Positions 47,901 through 58,907 of a stretch of 64,000 bases of DNA are shown here, piece by piece; the stretch's first letter is position 1; each line of letters begins with the position of its first letter. The notes beneath the pieces were generated by a model. That model did no database searches. It was not told where the DNA came from and saw nothing but the letters and a program-made list of their open reading frames with translations. The translations under genes were made by a program, and so were the position numbers. The DNA is from Monocercomonoides exilis PA203 (Eukaryota > Protista > Preaxostyla). Location: the NCBI GenBank assembly GCA_001643675.2, contig LSRY02000005.1:1426001-1490000 (forward strand), written 5' to 3'.

Positions 47901-48941
47901 ATAAAAAATTGATAAGTTCATTTCATTTATTCATTTTGATATTCACTTTGAATTCAAACTTTCTGAATCATTGAGCAAATCATGTCATAAATTTCGTCGC
48001 AATAGCAGCTGGGGATTCTTTTAATTTCGTAGGGCTCACTGTTAAGGGATGTTTCTTTTTGAATGATTTGATCCAACGGACGATAATATGAACACATTTC
48101 ATATGCCACAATTCCCAACGAAAATATGTCACTTTTGAAGGAAAATTTTCCTTTGAATCTAACTTCTGGTGATGCATAAAATCTATTTGCATTTTGAAAA
48201 AATAAATTTTTTGAATGAAAAAATTAAAAATCAATAATTTTTCAAATTGATTTCACACACGCAAGAGAGAAAATCATGAAAAGAAGTAAGTTAAGCAATG
48301 AAACTTCAACAAAATTTACCATAAAATGCGACATACTTTGTGCCATTTCGTGTTCGAACATAACTTTCTCCTTGAGCAAGTTGAGTGACTAATCCGAAAT
48401 CTCCAAGTTTAACTCTTCCACCGTGACACAGCAAAATGTTGCATGCCTTTAAATCGCGATGAACCACATTTTTGATATGCAAAAAATGCAGGCCTAAAAG
48501 AATTTGGCAAAAGTAATCCAAAAATAAATCTTGAGGCATTCTCTTTTTCTTATATTTTTCGATTTCTTGTGACAAATCACCATGAGAGCAATATTCCATA
48601 AGCATGAATAAATAGTTTTTATTATCCGCATCGGGGCGAACATATACCCGTTCAACATTCACGAGATAAGGACTTTTCAGCATTTGAGAAAAATATATTT
48701 CGCATTGCTGTTCCTTAGTGAGGCACCCACTGTCCAGCTTCATCCTTTTTAATGCTCTAAAAACTCCATCTTCGGATTTGTGTTTGACACGATAAACCTC
48801 ACCATAGGATCCATGTCCAATCTCTTTCACAATCTCAACTTAAATAATGAATTCACAGTGAAAAAAAATGATGATAATAAGAAATATAAAATGCAAACAA
48901 TCGTCAAACTGAAAAGGAGAAGGCTGAATGATTTCTTCCAT
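44968..48941 (-). CDS. NEK-like Ser/Thr protein kinase fused to four SPRY/B30.2-like domains, multi-exon
   Basis: IGHGSYGEVY, ALKRM, HRDLKACN, DFGL, YASPE and SDIFSLG are joined by GT-AG introns into the 963-aa ORF. That ORF has four repeats of the form I..G(I/C)W ... (V/I)E(I/V)(D/N)M..R...F...(R/E).P(V/I).F..(I/L)P. Confidence 0.85.
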
Positions 48942-49270
48942 TCTTTCTCGGAAAATTTCAAAATAAAAAAAAATATTGGTGATCTACCTATTAATTAAAT
49001 TTTCGAATAACTTTCTTGCATATAGAACAAAATTTTTTGCTTTATGAAATTTGTTCCACACAGTTCTTTCAAAGATTTTTTTCGATTTTTATATTTTCAT
49101 ATTTAATATTGCACGATCATGGAAGAATAATTTCCATACGATTGCAGAAAAAGTTTGGATCAAATCATAGAATTTTTCAAAAATGAAAGAATTCTGTCCC
49201 ATTTTGAAAAGAAATATAATTATCAATATGAAGATCTTTTTGCAGTTATCGTTCAAAAAGGTGTATTCAA

Positions 49271-50232
49271 AAAATTACTTTCTTTCCCATTTTCTGTAAT
49301 TGTTTTTCATCAGATTTCAAAAACCTCATGAATTGTTCAAATTTGTTTTTCTTGAAATTCAAAATTAATCACTTTGAGTGTTTCTGAACAAAAAAATGTT
49401 TGGAACAAACTGATCACTGGCTGAGAATCAGAGTGTGCAAAAAATTTAACGCTATTTCATTATTGGTGAAAAGGATGAGAAAATGTATTGGTGATTCAAT
49501 TTTTTTTCGCCAACATAGAAATTTCTAATATTTCCAAATAAATTCCTCATGATTGAATTTTGGATATTTTCAGATGCTTTCACCTCAAACAGTAAATTTA
49601 TTTAAAATTCAAACAATTTTTTAATTTTCAATGTAAATTTATTTGAAACGTTCCTTTTGTTTAATTTTCAGTAGAAAATGAAAAAAGAGTATTTTCATCA
49701 AATTATCTTTCCAACTCTCCATGATTCACAATCATGGAAACAAATGCTTTTCAATATCATTGTTTCCATGATTGTGAATCATGGAGAGTTGGAAAGATAA
49801 TTTGATGAAAATACTCTTTTTTCATTTTCTACTGAAAATTAAACAAAAGGAACGTTTCAAATAAATTTACATTGAAAATTAAAAAATTGTTTGAATTTTA
49901 AATAAATTTACTGTTTGAGGTGAAAGCATCTGAAAATATCCAAAATTCAATCATGAGGAATTTATTTGGAAATATTAGAAATTTCTATGTTGGCGAAAAA
50001 AAATTGAATCACCAATACATTTTCTCATCCTTTTCACCAATAATGAAATAGCGTTAAATTTTTTGCACACTCTGATTCTCAGCCAGTGATCAGTTTGTTC
50101 CAAACATTTTTTTGTTCAGAAACACTCAAAGTGATTAATTTTGAATTTCAAGAAAAACAAATTTGAACAATTCATGAGGTTTTTGAAATCTGATGAAAAA
50201 CAATTACAGAAAATGGGAAAGAAAGTAATTTT
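49271..50232. repeat. Large inverted repeat: 473-bp arms (49271-49743 / 49760-50232), 16-nt spacer
   Basis: The arms are reverse complements at constant register (position sum 99503) at the inner end, outer end and internal spot checks. Confidence 0.95.
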
Positions 50233-50509
50233 CTGAAACGAAATTCAACAAATTGGGAACATATATTTTATTAAATGTAATATCAGAAAATAGATCTGAA
50301 GAAATTCAAACATGAAATGATTCACATTTATTTTCAATTTGCGTATGTGAATTGAGTTACTCAAACAATATTTTGTTATTTCAGATAAATTCATTAAACA
50401 TTATATGAATTTGAAAATCGAGGCAAGCTTTTTATTTAAAACATAAAATTTTTTGAATAAGGCATTTTTCTCCTTCAAAATTGATACTGCATCTCCCATA
50501 ATAAAATAC

Positions 50510-53500
50510 ATGATAAAAGATCCAAAAAGACTTATATCATTTTCTCGTGAATTTCGTGAGCAAAACAGATTTTCCTCATTTGAAAAAGATTCATCAAAAG
50601 ATGAAATACACGACCCACAAAGGACCATTGCAATTTCTCTTCGTGAACAAAAAAGAACTGGTCAATTACAAAAAGGTCGAAAAATACGTGATAATGAAGA
50701 TAGTACCGGAACAGAGGAACGAGTATCTCAGGCAGAGTTTATGAGTCTTTTAGAAAATTTGAATGGTGTAGATCCTGAGGTGATCGTAACGTCTCTTCAA
50801 CAGATAAATTCGAATCTTAGATGTGTGCAGTTTTTAAAAAATTAAGTGTCATTTATTCATCAAAACTTTATAAGTATATTCAAATGCTTCAACTTTTTGC
50901 TCATTAGATGGGATATCGCGTATAATCAAGTTTTTAGATTGCATTACAATACCAAATGCACAATTTCTTTCAGTCAAAATATTGCTAAATATTTCAAAAC
51001 ATGATGCAAAATTGTCGAGGCCTCTTGGGCTATCTTTTATGCCTTCATTAATATCTTCTGTTCAAAAAGAATACACAGAAGAATTTGTTGAATTAATGTT
51101 TTTAACTTTTTATAACATTGCACTCGATGGTGATGATTTGCTTGAGTGCATGAGGCAGACTTCTCTTCACATATATGCTTTAAGTTTAGTAAAACGATAT
51201 GCAAGTCAAATACCTTCTGTCATATTTACGAATCAGATTTCAATTTCAGATGGAAAACCTGTTTCCAAAACGGAAATGATGGAGCTTTTACTAAAACAAA
51301 AAGGGTTTTCAACTGTAAATGCTACTAATGCTGATAACGTGCAACATATTTCCAAATCTGTATCCTCATGCGTTTCAGCAAATTTGTATTCATCTCCCTT
51401 TACATCGGATTCTGCAATCAATCAACCTTTCATTTCTTCAACATCTCCATTTACTTCTTCCACTTCATCATCTTTTGCATTAAACCCACTTCAAATGACA
51501 GATCCTACTATCAATCCTTCAATTGCCCCATTGGCTTCTGTGTCCTCTTTGCCACTCACTCCATCAATTATCACTTCAGCTCCGATTACTCAACTTTCAT
51601 CTTCACATTCTGCTGGAAAAGTGCGTTCATCCCTTCCGATTTTTCTGAAGATGCTTTGTGCAGTTATCGACTTTCTGTCACTTGTTATTTCAGACAAAGA
51701 CGACTTGAATGACTGGGAATTGCTGTTTGTGCCTTGTCTGCAGCTGATGTCTCTCAATGACTGTACCGACAACACTTTTTCAGACATGTCACACATTGTT
51801 GCGAAGCTCATAGCGTGGAAGTCAGATTTAGGCGAGGTGTGATTGAACAGGCTATTCAGCAGAATGGAATAAAGAGAACGAATGAAAAAAAATTTTTTTT
51901 GAATGAGAAAATTAACGAACTTTTAATATTGCTTGAAAAGAAGAAATAAAAATGGACTTTTTTTGTTCGTTTTTTTCCTTTTCTCTCTAAAAATAACGAG
52001 TATTCTATATTTCTTATTTTATCTATGCTTTTTCATGATATTTTTGATATCAAATAATTTATTGGATGATTTTTTGAAATTAAACACATATGTTAGATAT
52101 TAATAGGTTATCCGATGTTTCCACGCTTAATGAGACTAAGCTTTGATGACGAGTATTCCATACGAAGATCATCTGCTCTTGTTATTATTAATAATTTGTC
52201 CCAACTTGATGACAAGAAGTTTAATGATGTTTGTGCATCATTATTTATTTATTTATTTAAAATTTTATTTAAAACATATAAATTGATTTATATTTTATTA
52301 TTGGATTTTCTTCACTCTCTTTCTCTGCCCCAACAATGGTGTAATTTTATAACATTTAATTTCTGCCATCACCGTCAAAAACACACACCTCAATCAACAA
52401 TTCCAGTTTCTTCTGAAGCATCAAGTGTTGTATCTTCTCTGCCAGTATCTTCCTGTTTACGACCGCGAGCAGTCAAGGCTGTGCACATGGACGCTCTCAA
52501 ATCTTGCAGCAGGAACGACCGCCCAGCAGCTGGAGCTTGTGAAGTTCGGAGGAGGCATGCTTATCCGCCGCATAGCCGCCTCGTTCATAAGCGTGACCTT
52601 TTCCGCGAAGATCGATCTTATTTGGATGATACACAACTTGTGCTGCCCGTTTATCGTTCTGATGGAGAGAGCCGAAAAGGAAAGCAAGAGAAGGCAGAAG
52701 CTGCAATTGAAGAAAGAAAGGCTTGCCCTGAAATGTGCTGGAGCAAAAGACGGCAAATGCGAAGTTGACGGGAATGATGATGATGATGAAAGTGACGATA
52801 GCGACGAAGACGAAGATGAGCATCTGGATTCGGAGGAGGCAGCGCTTCCGAGTGAAGGCAGAAAGGATTTGAGAGCTCAGAAGCGGATGGTGATTGATTC
52901 GGTGATTGCATCTGGCATTCCTTTTCTTTTGCTTGGCGAGTTTACAACCTGCGCAAACAAAGAAAAGAACGCTATTTTGAATGTGATGATGGCTTCGCTG
53001 AAGCGCGGAGAAGAGAAAGCGCTCATTGCGTGGAAGGAGGAGAAGAGGAAAAGGAAGCAGAATTCGATGAAAGAAGCCGAAGAGCAAAAGGGGGATGGAT
53101 CTGGAATTCCTTCGCTTTTGATGAGTAAAGACGAGGAGGATATTGCAGATGAAGATGAAGATGAAGAAGACGAAGATGATGGAGACTACGACACAATGAT
53201 ATCTCCGTTGTGTATGAAGAAGCGAGATATCGAGCACGGAATCGGAAACAACGAAGTGCTGACTTCACTTTGGATGGACAAAACAGGATTGTCTGTTCTG
53301 GAATCAGCACGCAGCAGCTCCTGCCGCTCTGTGAAGCGGAGGGCGGACCAGATATATGAGCGGTACACAGTTTACATGGAGCTTCTTGAGGAAGAGGAGC
53401 TGAACGAGTATCTGAAGGCTGATGATGAAAACGATGAATGCAAAGGTGTTAACAGCAGACAAGAAGACGAGATGGAAGAAGGAGAGCTGTCAAAGGAGGA

Positions 53501-54125
53501 GCTGGAGAAGTATCAAGCGGATGCAACATCGCGCTTGCTTAACTCGATGTTGGATGAACTTTTAATGAAAGAGCCCGAGGTGCTGGATTGGTCGGTGAAA
53601 GAAGCAGAACAAAATGGGAATAAAGGATCTAAAGGAATGGATGATGATGAAAATGATAGTGATGATGAAGAAGAAACAGATGATAGTTCAGATGATAGTT
53701 CTGATGACAGTTCTGATGGCAGCGATGAAAGTAGCTCTCAGGGTGAACCAGGAACTGACTCAATACAAGGAGATTCAACAAACATCGACAATGAATTTGA
53801 TTCGCTGTTCCAGAAAGTATCTGAATTGCGCAATGAACCTCTTCCCATCATCAATCTACCCACGTCTTCCCCTTCCTTTGCAACTGCCCAGCCTTCTTCA
53901 ATCTTCCCAATGGAGCCTGCAATGAGCTCATTTTCTGCCATTCCACAGCCTTCACTCAGCATATCACAGACTTCATTCACTCGCCCAGATCTCATTTCAC
54001 CGCCTGCAGTCAACCTTCAACCATCTGCCTCTTCAAGCTCTTCTGCGCCTTTCCCTTTTTCAACATTCTTTCCTTCACATTTCAGTTCAGAAAACACATC
54101 ATCCGGAAAAATGGAACCAGGCTAA
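50510..54125 (+). CDS. Second divergent importin-alpha-like ARM-repeat protein with acidic and Ser-rich insertions, multi-exon
   Basis: IBB-like QRTIAISLREQKRTGQLQKGR. ARM helices FLTFYNIALDG, LCTWTLSNLAAGTTAQQLELV and DLIWMIHNL. ARM10-like SVKRRADQIYERY. Confidence 0.7.
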
Positions 54126-54261
54126 TTAAACGTTAACCACAAACAAAACGATTTATTTTTTTTATGTGACACAAAAAGTTAATATGCATTTGCTTTAAAA
54201 ATTGTTTTGTTTCTTTAAGTTCATTTAAAAGCTTTTTAAAAAATAGATATAGAAAACTCAA

Positions 54262-54297
54262 AACAAACAAACAAACAAACAAACAAACAAACAAACA
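54262..54297. repeat. (AAAC)n microsatellite
   Basis: Directly visible. Confidence 0.85.
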
Positions 54298-54638
54298 ATA
54301 AAAAAATAATCAAAATAAAAATGACAATTCAACTGATATCGACAACCTGAAAATCTATGTTGTGTCAAATATGATGCTGATTTTGAAGAAGATGGAAGAA
54401 AATAATTGAGATGCTTCAAGCAAAGAGAAAGAATACACAGTGTGAAGTGAAAATCATTAAAGTGCAGTTAAATATTCTCCAACCACGTTGTACAGATACA
54501 AACAACAAGCTCAAACACGATGGCAATCGATATGTACAAGAGATGAAATGCAGTTTCATAGTTATTTCGGCTTAAGAGATGCTTTTGCATTATACTGACT
54601 CCAAATTATTATTTACACATAAAAATTCCCTTACCAAA

Positions 54639-56148
54639 TTAATGCGACTCATCCATCATTTGAGCAGTCAGCGCATCCAATTCTGACCGCAAGGACTTTA
54701 TAATCTGTTCCTGTCTTGCTATCTTCCTCTCCTGCATCAACGTCTTCTCTCTCGCCTCGGCAAGCTCAGCAGAAGAAGACAATGAAGAACTTGAAGTGGA
54801 TGAAGCTTTACTGCTCGGTGTCTGTGATTGTGTCTGTGCTTGAGCCAGCTTTCTCTTCAGCACCTGGTTCTGTGCCTGCAGCGCCTGAATGAACTCGTCG
54901 TCATTCTTCGTCTTGGCCACAATCGTCTGGAACTTCTCGTTCATCGAAAACTGGTTGTCTTCCAAGATCTTATTACGTGCTTTGACCGACTCCACACGCT
55001 GCTTCAGCTGATGGACCATCGCTTCCAACTCCTCCACTGCCTGCTTCTTTTCTTCCTCTCTCGCAAGCTTCTTTTGCCGCGCTTCTTCTATTTGCGTGCG
55101 ATGCTCAGCTGCAAAGTCCTTTCTTTTTCCTGCACCGCCAGCAACAGACGCCCTTTCGCTTGCTCCGCTTGTGCTGCCTCCTCTTTTCCCTCCGCCAATC
55201 ATCTCATCTTCTTCTCTTCCTTCATTCAGTCCACCATCCATTGCCGCAGACAATTCTCTCAATGCTCTTTTTTCTGCTTCGCTTATGTCACTTCCAATTG
55301 TACCTCCATCTGTGTTGGTCAATATTTCATCTCTTGAAGCACTTGCTATTCCCATACGAACCGATGCAAGTTCTTCTTTCAACTCTTTCACTTTTTCTTT
55401 CAACAAGCTAATTTCTTGCGCTCTCCCACGCCAGTTGCTTCCGTCGTGAAGCAGGGAATTGATTGATACCCCTTCTCCGACCTCTTTTTTCAGAGCACGC
55501 TAGTTGAAAAAAAATATTAAAATGATAAACAAGAGATTGAAAAATACTTGTGTTTTACTGAGTTCTTGCTTGAGTGATTGCATCTCTGCTCGCGCTTCAA
55601 TTAATTTATTGTTTGCTCGCGAAAGTTTATCTTTTAAATTGTCAGCGCTACCATCTCCTCCGGATTCTAAATAATATTACTCAATAATTATTGAAAAAAT
55701 AAAATTCGCTAACCAATTTGAAATGCCTGGGTTTCTTTCAATCCTTGGCATTCATCTTGCAATTTTTCTATCTCTTTCTGCAACGTTGCATTTTTTCCTT
55801 TCTCTTTTGAAAGATTCATTCGCAAATCTCTGTTCTAAATTATGAAATTGAAACAATTAACGCAAAATATTTTATTCATATTCTCACACTTTTTTTGCAA
55901 GATCAAGAATTTTTGCTTCGCGAAGGTCAGCACTTTCTGGAATAACAAAATCTGTTGCACTGGTTTTAAGTTTTCGAAGCTCACTAAGTTCAAGATGTGC
56001 ATCTGAAAGCTGATCTAAAAGTCTAGAGTTTTCTTCTCTTAAATCTGTGAAATTTAAAATACATTTTACATTCAGATTAAGAGAAAAACAAATGTTCCAA
56101 ACCTTTGATAATTTCAGAGGGATCTTGACTCGGAAATACCGAAGACAT
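54639..56148 (-). CDS. CCDC13: Coiled-coil protein CCDC13-like (centriolar satellite/cilium), 5 exons
   Basis: The spliced product contains AKILDLAKKNRDL, RALKKEVGEGVSINSLL..SNWRGRAQEISLLKEKV, KARNKILE and KTKNDDEFIQAL. Confidence 0.8.
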
Positions 56149-56300
56149 CAAATCTTTATTTAAAAAGAATTAAAAATATTTGCAAACAAAAGAAATAAAA
56201 GCTCAAATTTGTGATTAAATATGAAAACCGTTTGAGAAACAAATAATCGCTTCCTCTTTTGGGAGTTTCGAATTTTGTTAAGGGAATTATTCTTAATTAA

Positions 56301-57232
56301 ATGTCTCACGAAGTTCCAGCTGAATTGGGGACCCCTTTAACGACTCTTGGAAGCTCGTCTATAACACCTGGAGAAAGTCCATTTTTTATGGGGATGAAAG
56401 AGCGTCGGTCTGTATTTTTTAACTATTCATAAAAATGATACATATTTCCGTTTAGACGCTCTTCTGATACAAAAGCTCCGCTTGGAGATTTGTTAAAATT
56501 AAAATTAAATTCATCAGTTATGAAAATGATAGGAAAGACTGGTATTATTGTTGAATATTACATTTTTAATTATTTTGAATAATTGATAATTTATAGGGGA
56601 TACCGACATACTGTTTTCTGATGAAATTGTTAAAGTCAACAAACGACTTAAAACTCAAAAGAGAATTTTATTGATTACAGATTTAGCAGTTTATAACCTA
56701 ACTCCTGGTAATTTTAAACTCAAACGTCGTATAGCACTTCAGGTCTGAAAGTCAGATTCTAACGCGTATTTTAAATCTGGTTTAGGATCTAGGATCAGTT
56801 AATTTATCTTGCTTATCAGACAATTTCTTTGCATTAAGAGTTCCTACTGAAGTATGTTGATGCTTTTTACATTTTTATTCAAAAATGAAAATTTAACTCT
56901 TTTTAAAGTATGATTATTTGATGGTCTCTACAAGAAAGATTGAGATAGTGCTAACGTTAGTAGAAGCTTATAAAAAGCATCTTCATTCTGATCTTCCAGT
57001 CAACTTTTCAAATGCGTATGATATACTCATTTTATCAATTTCTTGCAAATTTAAAATTTATCTGCTTTATTTTTTTAAAAGATTTGAATATAGAATCGAT
57101 GAAAAAACTATAAGGGAAATTAGATTTATCGAAGTTGATGGTATGTTCTTTTATTATTTCAAATTCAATTCATTTTTTTAAATATTCTTGGCTGAAGGAG
57201 GAGTTTCAACCCAAATTTACACAAAAAAGTAA
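56301..57232 (+). CDS. Stand-alone myosin-I tail homology 1 (TH1, PH-like) protein, 7 short exons
   Basis: Spliced: ...FMGMKERRRSS...LGDLL...DILFSDEIVKVNKRLKTQKRILLITDLAVYNL...KLKRRIALQDLGSVNLSCLSDNFFALRVPTEYDYLMVSTRKIEIV...VNFSNAFEY...TQIYTKK*. All introns are GT-AG. Confidence 0.85.
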
Positions 57233-57560
57233 GTTAAACTAAATAAATATGTATAAATATGAAGTTCTATATCTTTTCTTGTTTATTTTATATTTTCTAT
57301 TCTTCTTTATAAGAGTCCATAACCCACTTCTCATTTAAACATTTCTTTTTAGTTTTCTTTGCAATTCCACTTCACGATTGTGATGTCGGTTTTATTATAG
57401 GCATCATTTTCATTTTTTGAAGCAGTTTGATTTGACAAACCTAAAAAAATAGATTATCAGAATTGTTGCTCTCAGATTCGATCAAAAACTCCATTATTTT
57501 TCAGTTGGATTATTGCTGATTGCTATTTATTGGGTGGAAGCTTTCCCGAAGCGATTGCCC

Positions 57561-57989
57561 ATGCAGTTTATTCTGCAATCCATTTCATCCATCATATCAA
57601 TATTTAACAATCTGTTGCTTTGCTTTTTCCAACTGTATATGCTTTCTTCTTTGGGTGATCTTGAAGGTGATATAATTGATCCTAGGGAGCTGTGCAAGCA
57701 ATTAAATCCAACATTGATGATTGAAACCCTTTTGCAATGCATCACTGTGATTATTCTTTTTGTTGGAAAGCGGTATTTCACTTTCGTAATCAGTTTCCCT
57801 GCTTTGATAATTTTGATCAAAAAATTTTGTCAAAGTACTTTTCCATTGAATCAGCAAACCATTCGTAAACCTTCAGTACTACGTAGTGAGATTCATTCAT
57901 CTTATCATTTATTGTTATGCTCAGCTATTACTTTTTTTTGGGGATTTGCTTGCCTTGTTCTTGATCTTGTTTGCTATTGCTCAAAATAA
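57561..57989 (+). CDS. Cornichon/Erv14-family ER cargo receptor
   Basis: Three hydrophobic segments and DLEGDIIDPRELCKQLNP, matching the cornichon DLE.D.I.P...C..LN motif. Confidence 0.85.
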   Translation: MQFILQSISSIISIFNNLLLCFFQLYMLSSLGDLEGDIIDPRELCKQLNPTLMIETLLQCITVIILFVGKRYFTFVISFPALIILIKKFCQSTFPLNQQTIRKPSVLRSEIHSSYHLLLCSAITFFWGFACLVLDLVCYCSK

Positions 57990-58907
57990 CTGAATTAATG
58001 ATATTTTCTTTTTTGATAAAAGTTAATTCCATGCTGAGTATTATTGATTTATCCGAGAGATTTTAGGAAATTTTATTTGTAATGATGCTCCTTTTTTTTT
58101 GTATTCTTTATGAAAGTCTTTTGTGTTGATAACAACCCTTGTTTCATTATTGAACTTCATTACTGATTAGTTTTAAAGTTGTATCGCCCTTCATGTTACT
58201 ATTTTTTAAACGAAGTTTTGCTTATTTTTTTCCAGATTTTTAATGTTCTTCTCAGCTTTTTCAGTCCTGAAGCGAGATGTTTGTATTCTGGCATTATTAG
58301 TTACAAAAAGATGTATTTTGTATTATTTAGATCTTTTTTAAGTTTTTATTTTAAGTCGTTCACAATTGTGAAGTGAAGTTTTATTATTATCCATTTCTAA
58401 ACACAATGTTACAATTCATTTTTTTTTTCATTTTCAAGGATTAAATATTAGAATTTCATTTTTAACGGTTTGCTGATGTATTTTTTATTGAAGCACTTGA
58501 AACTTATTCTCGGACGAAATTTACAAAGATTGCACCAACTTTTTTTTTGTATTTTGGTTTTTAAAAAGAAAATAAAAAATATAGAAAAAAAATGATGACA
58601 TGTTGTATGCTTGCCAATGTTTTCAACAAAGAACTGAACTGACGAGGAAGAATGAAAAGGATAACTCTGCCCATTTTAAGCATATTCATTTTTATTTTGT
58701 TTTAAATTAAAAAATAAAAAAATAAAAAATGAAATTTCCTTTAAAATAAATAATTTTCAAGAGCAAAATATTATTTAATTAAAAGAATAAAAATGGAATA
58801 AATTAAAAGCCAATCCAATTTTTTAAAATTTCAAAAGCCAAAAAAAAAGAAAGAGAAAGAATAACAACAATTACAAAACATCAAAACGAAACAAGCTTTC
58901 GCCATTC

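Noticed and set aside
54340-54600. Short inverted matches (ttgtaca/tgtacaa, ttgaag/cttcaa) between convergent genes
   Set aside because: The stems are only 6-7 bp and too weak to call a structured RNA.
58592-58680. ATGATGA...CTGA (C/D snoRNA-like) and CTGACGA...GAAA (hammerhead-like)
   Set aside because: The boxes are only ~45 nt apart with no terminal stem or recognisable guide, and the hammerhead stems and cleavage triplet cannot be formed.
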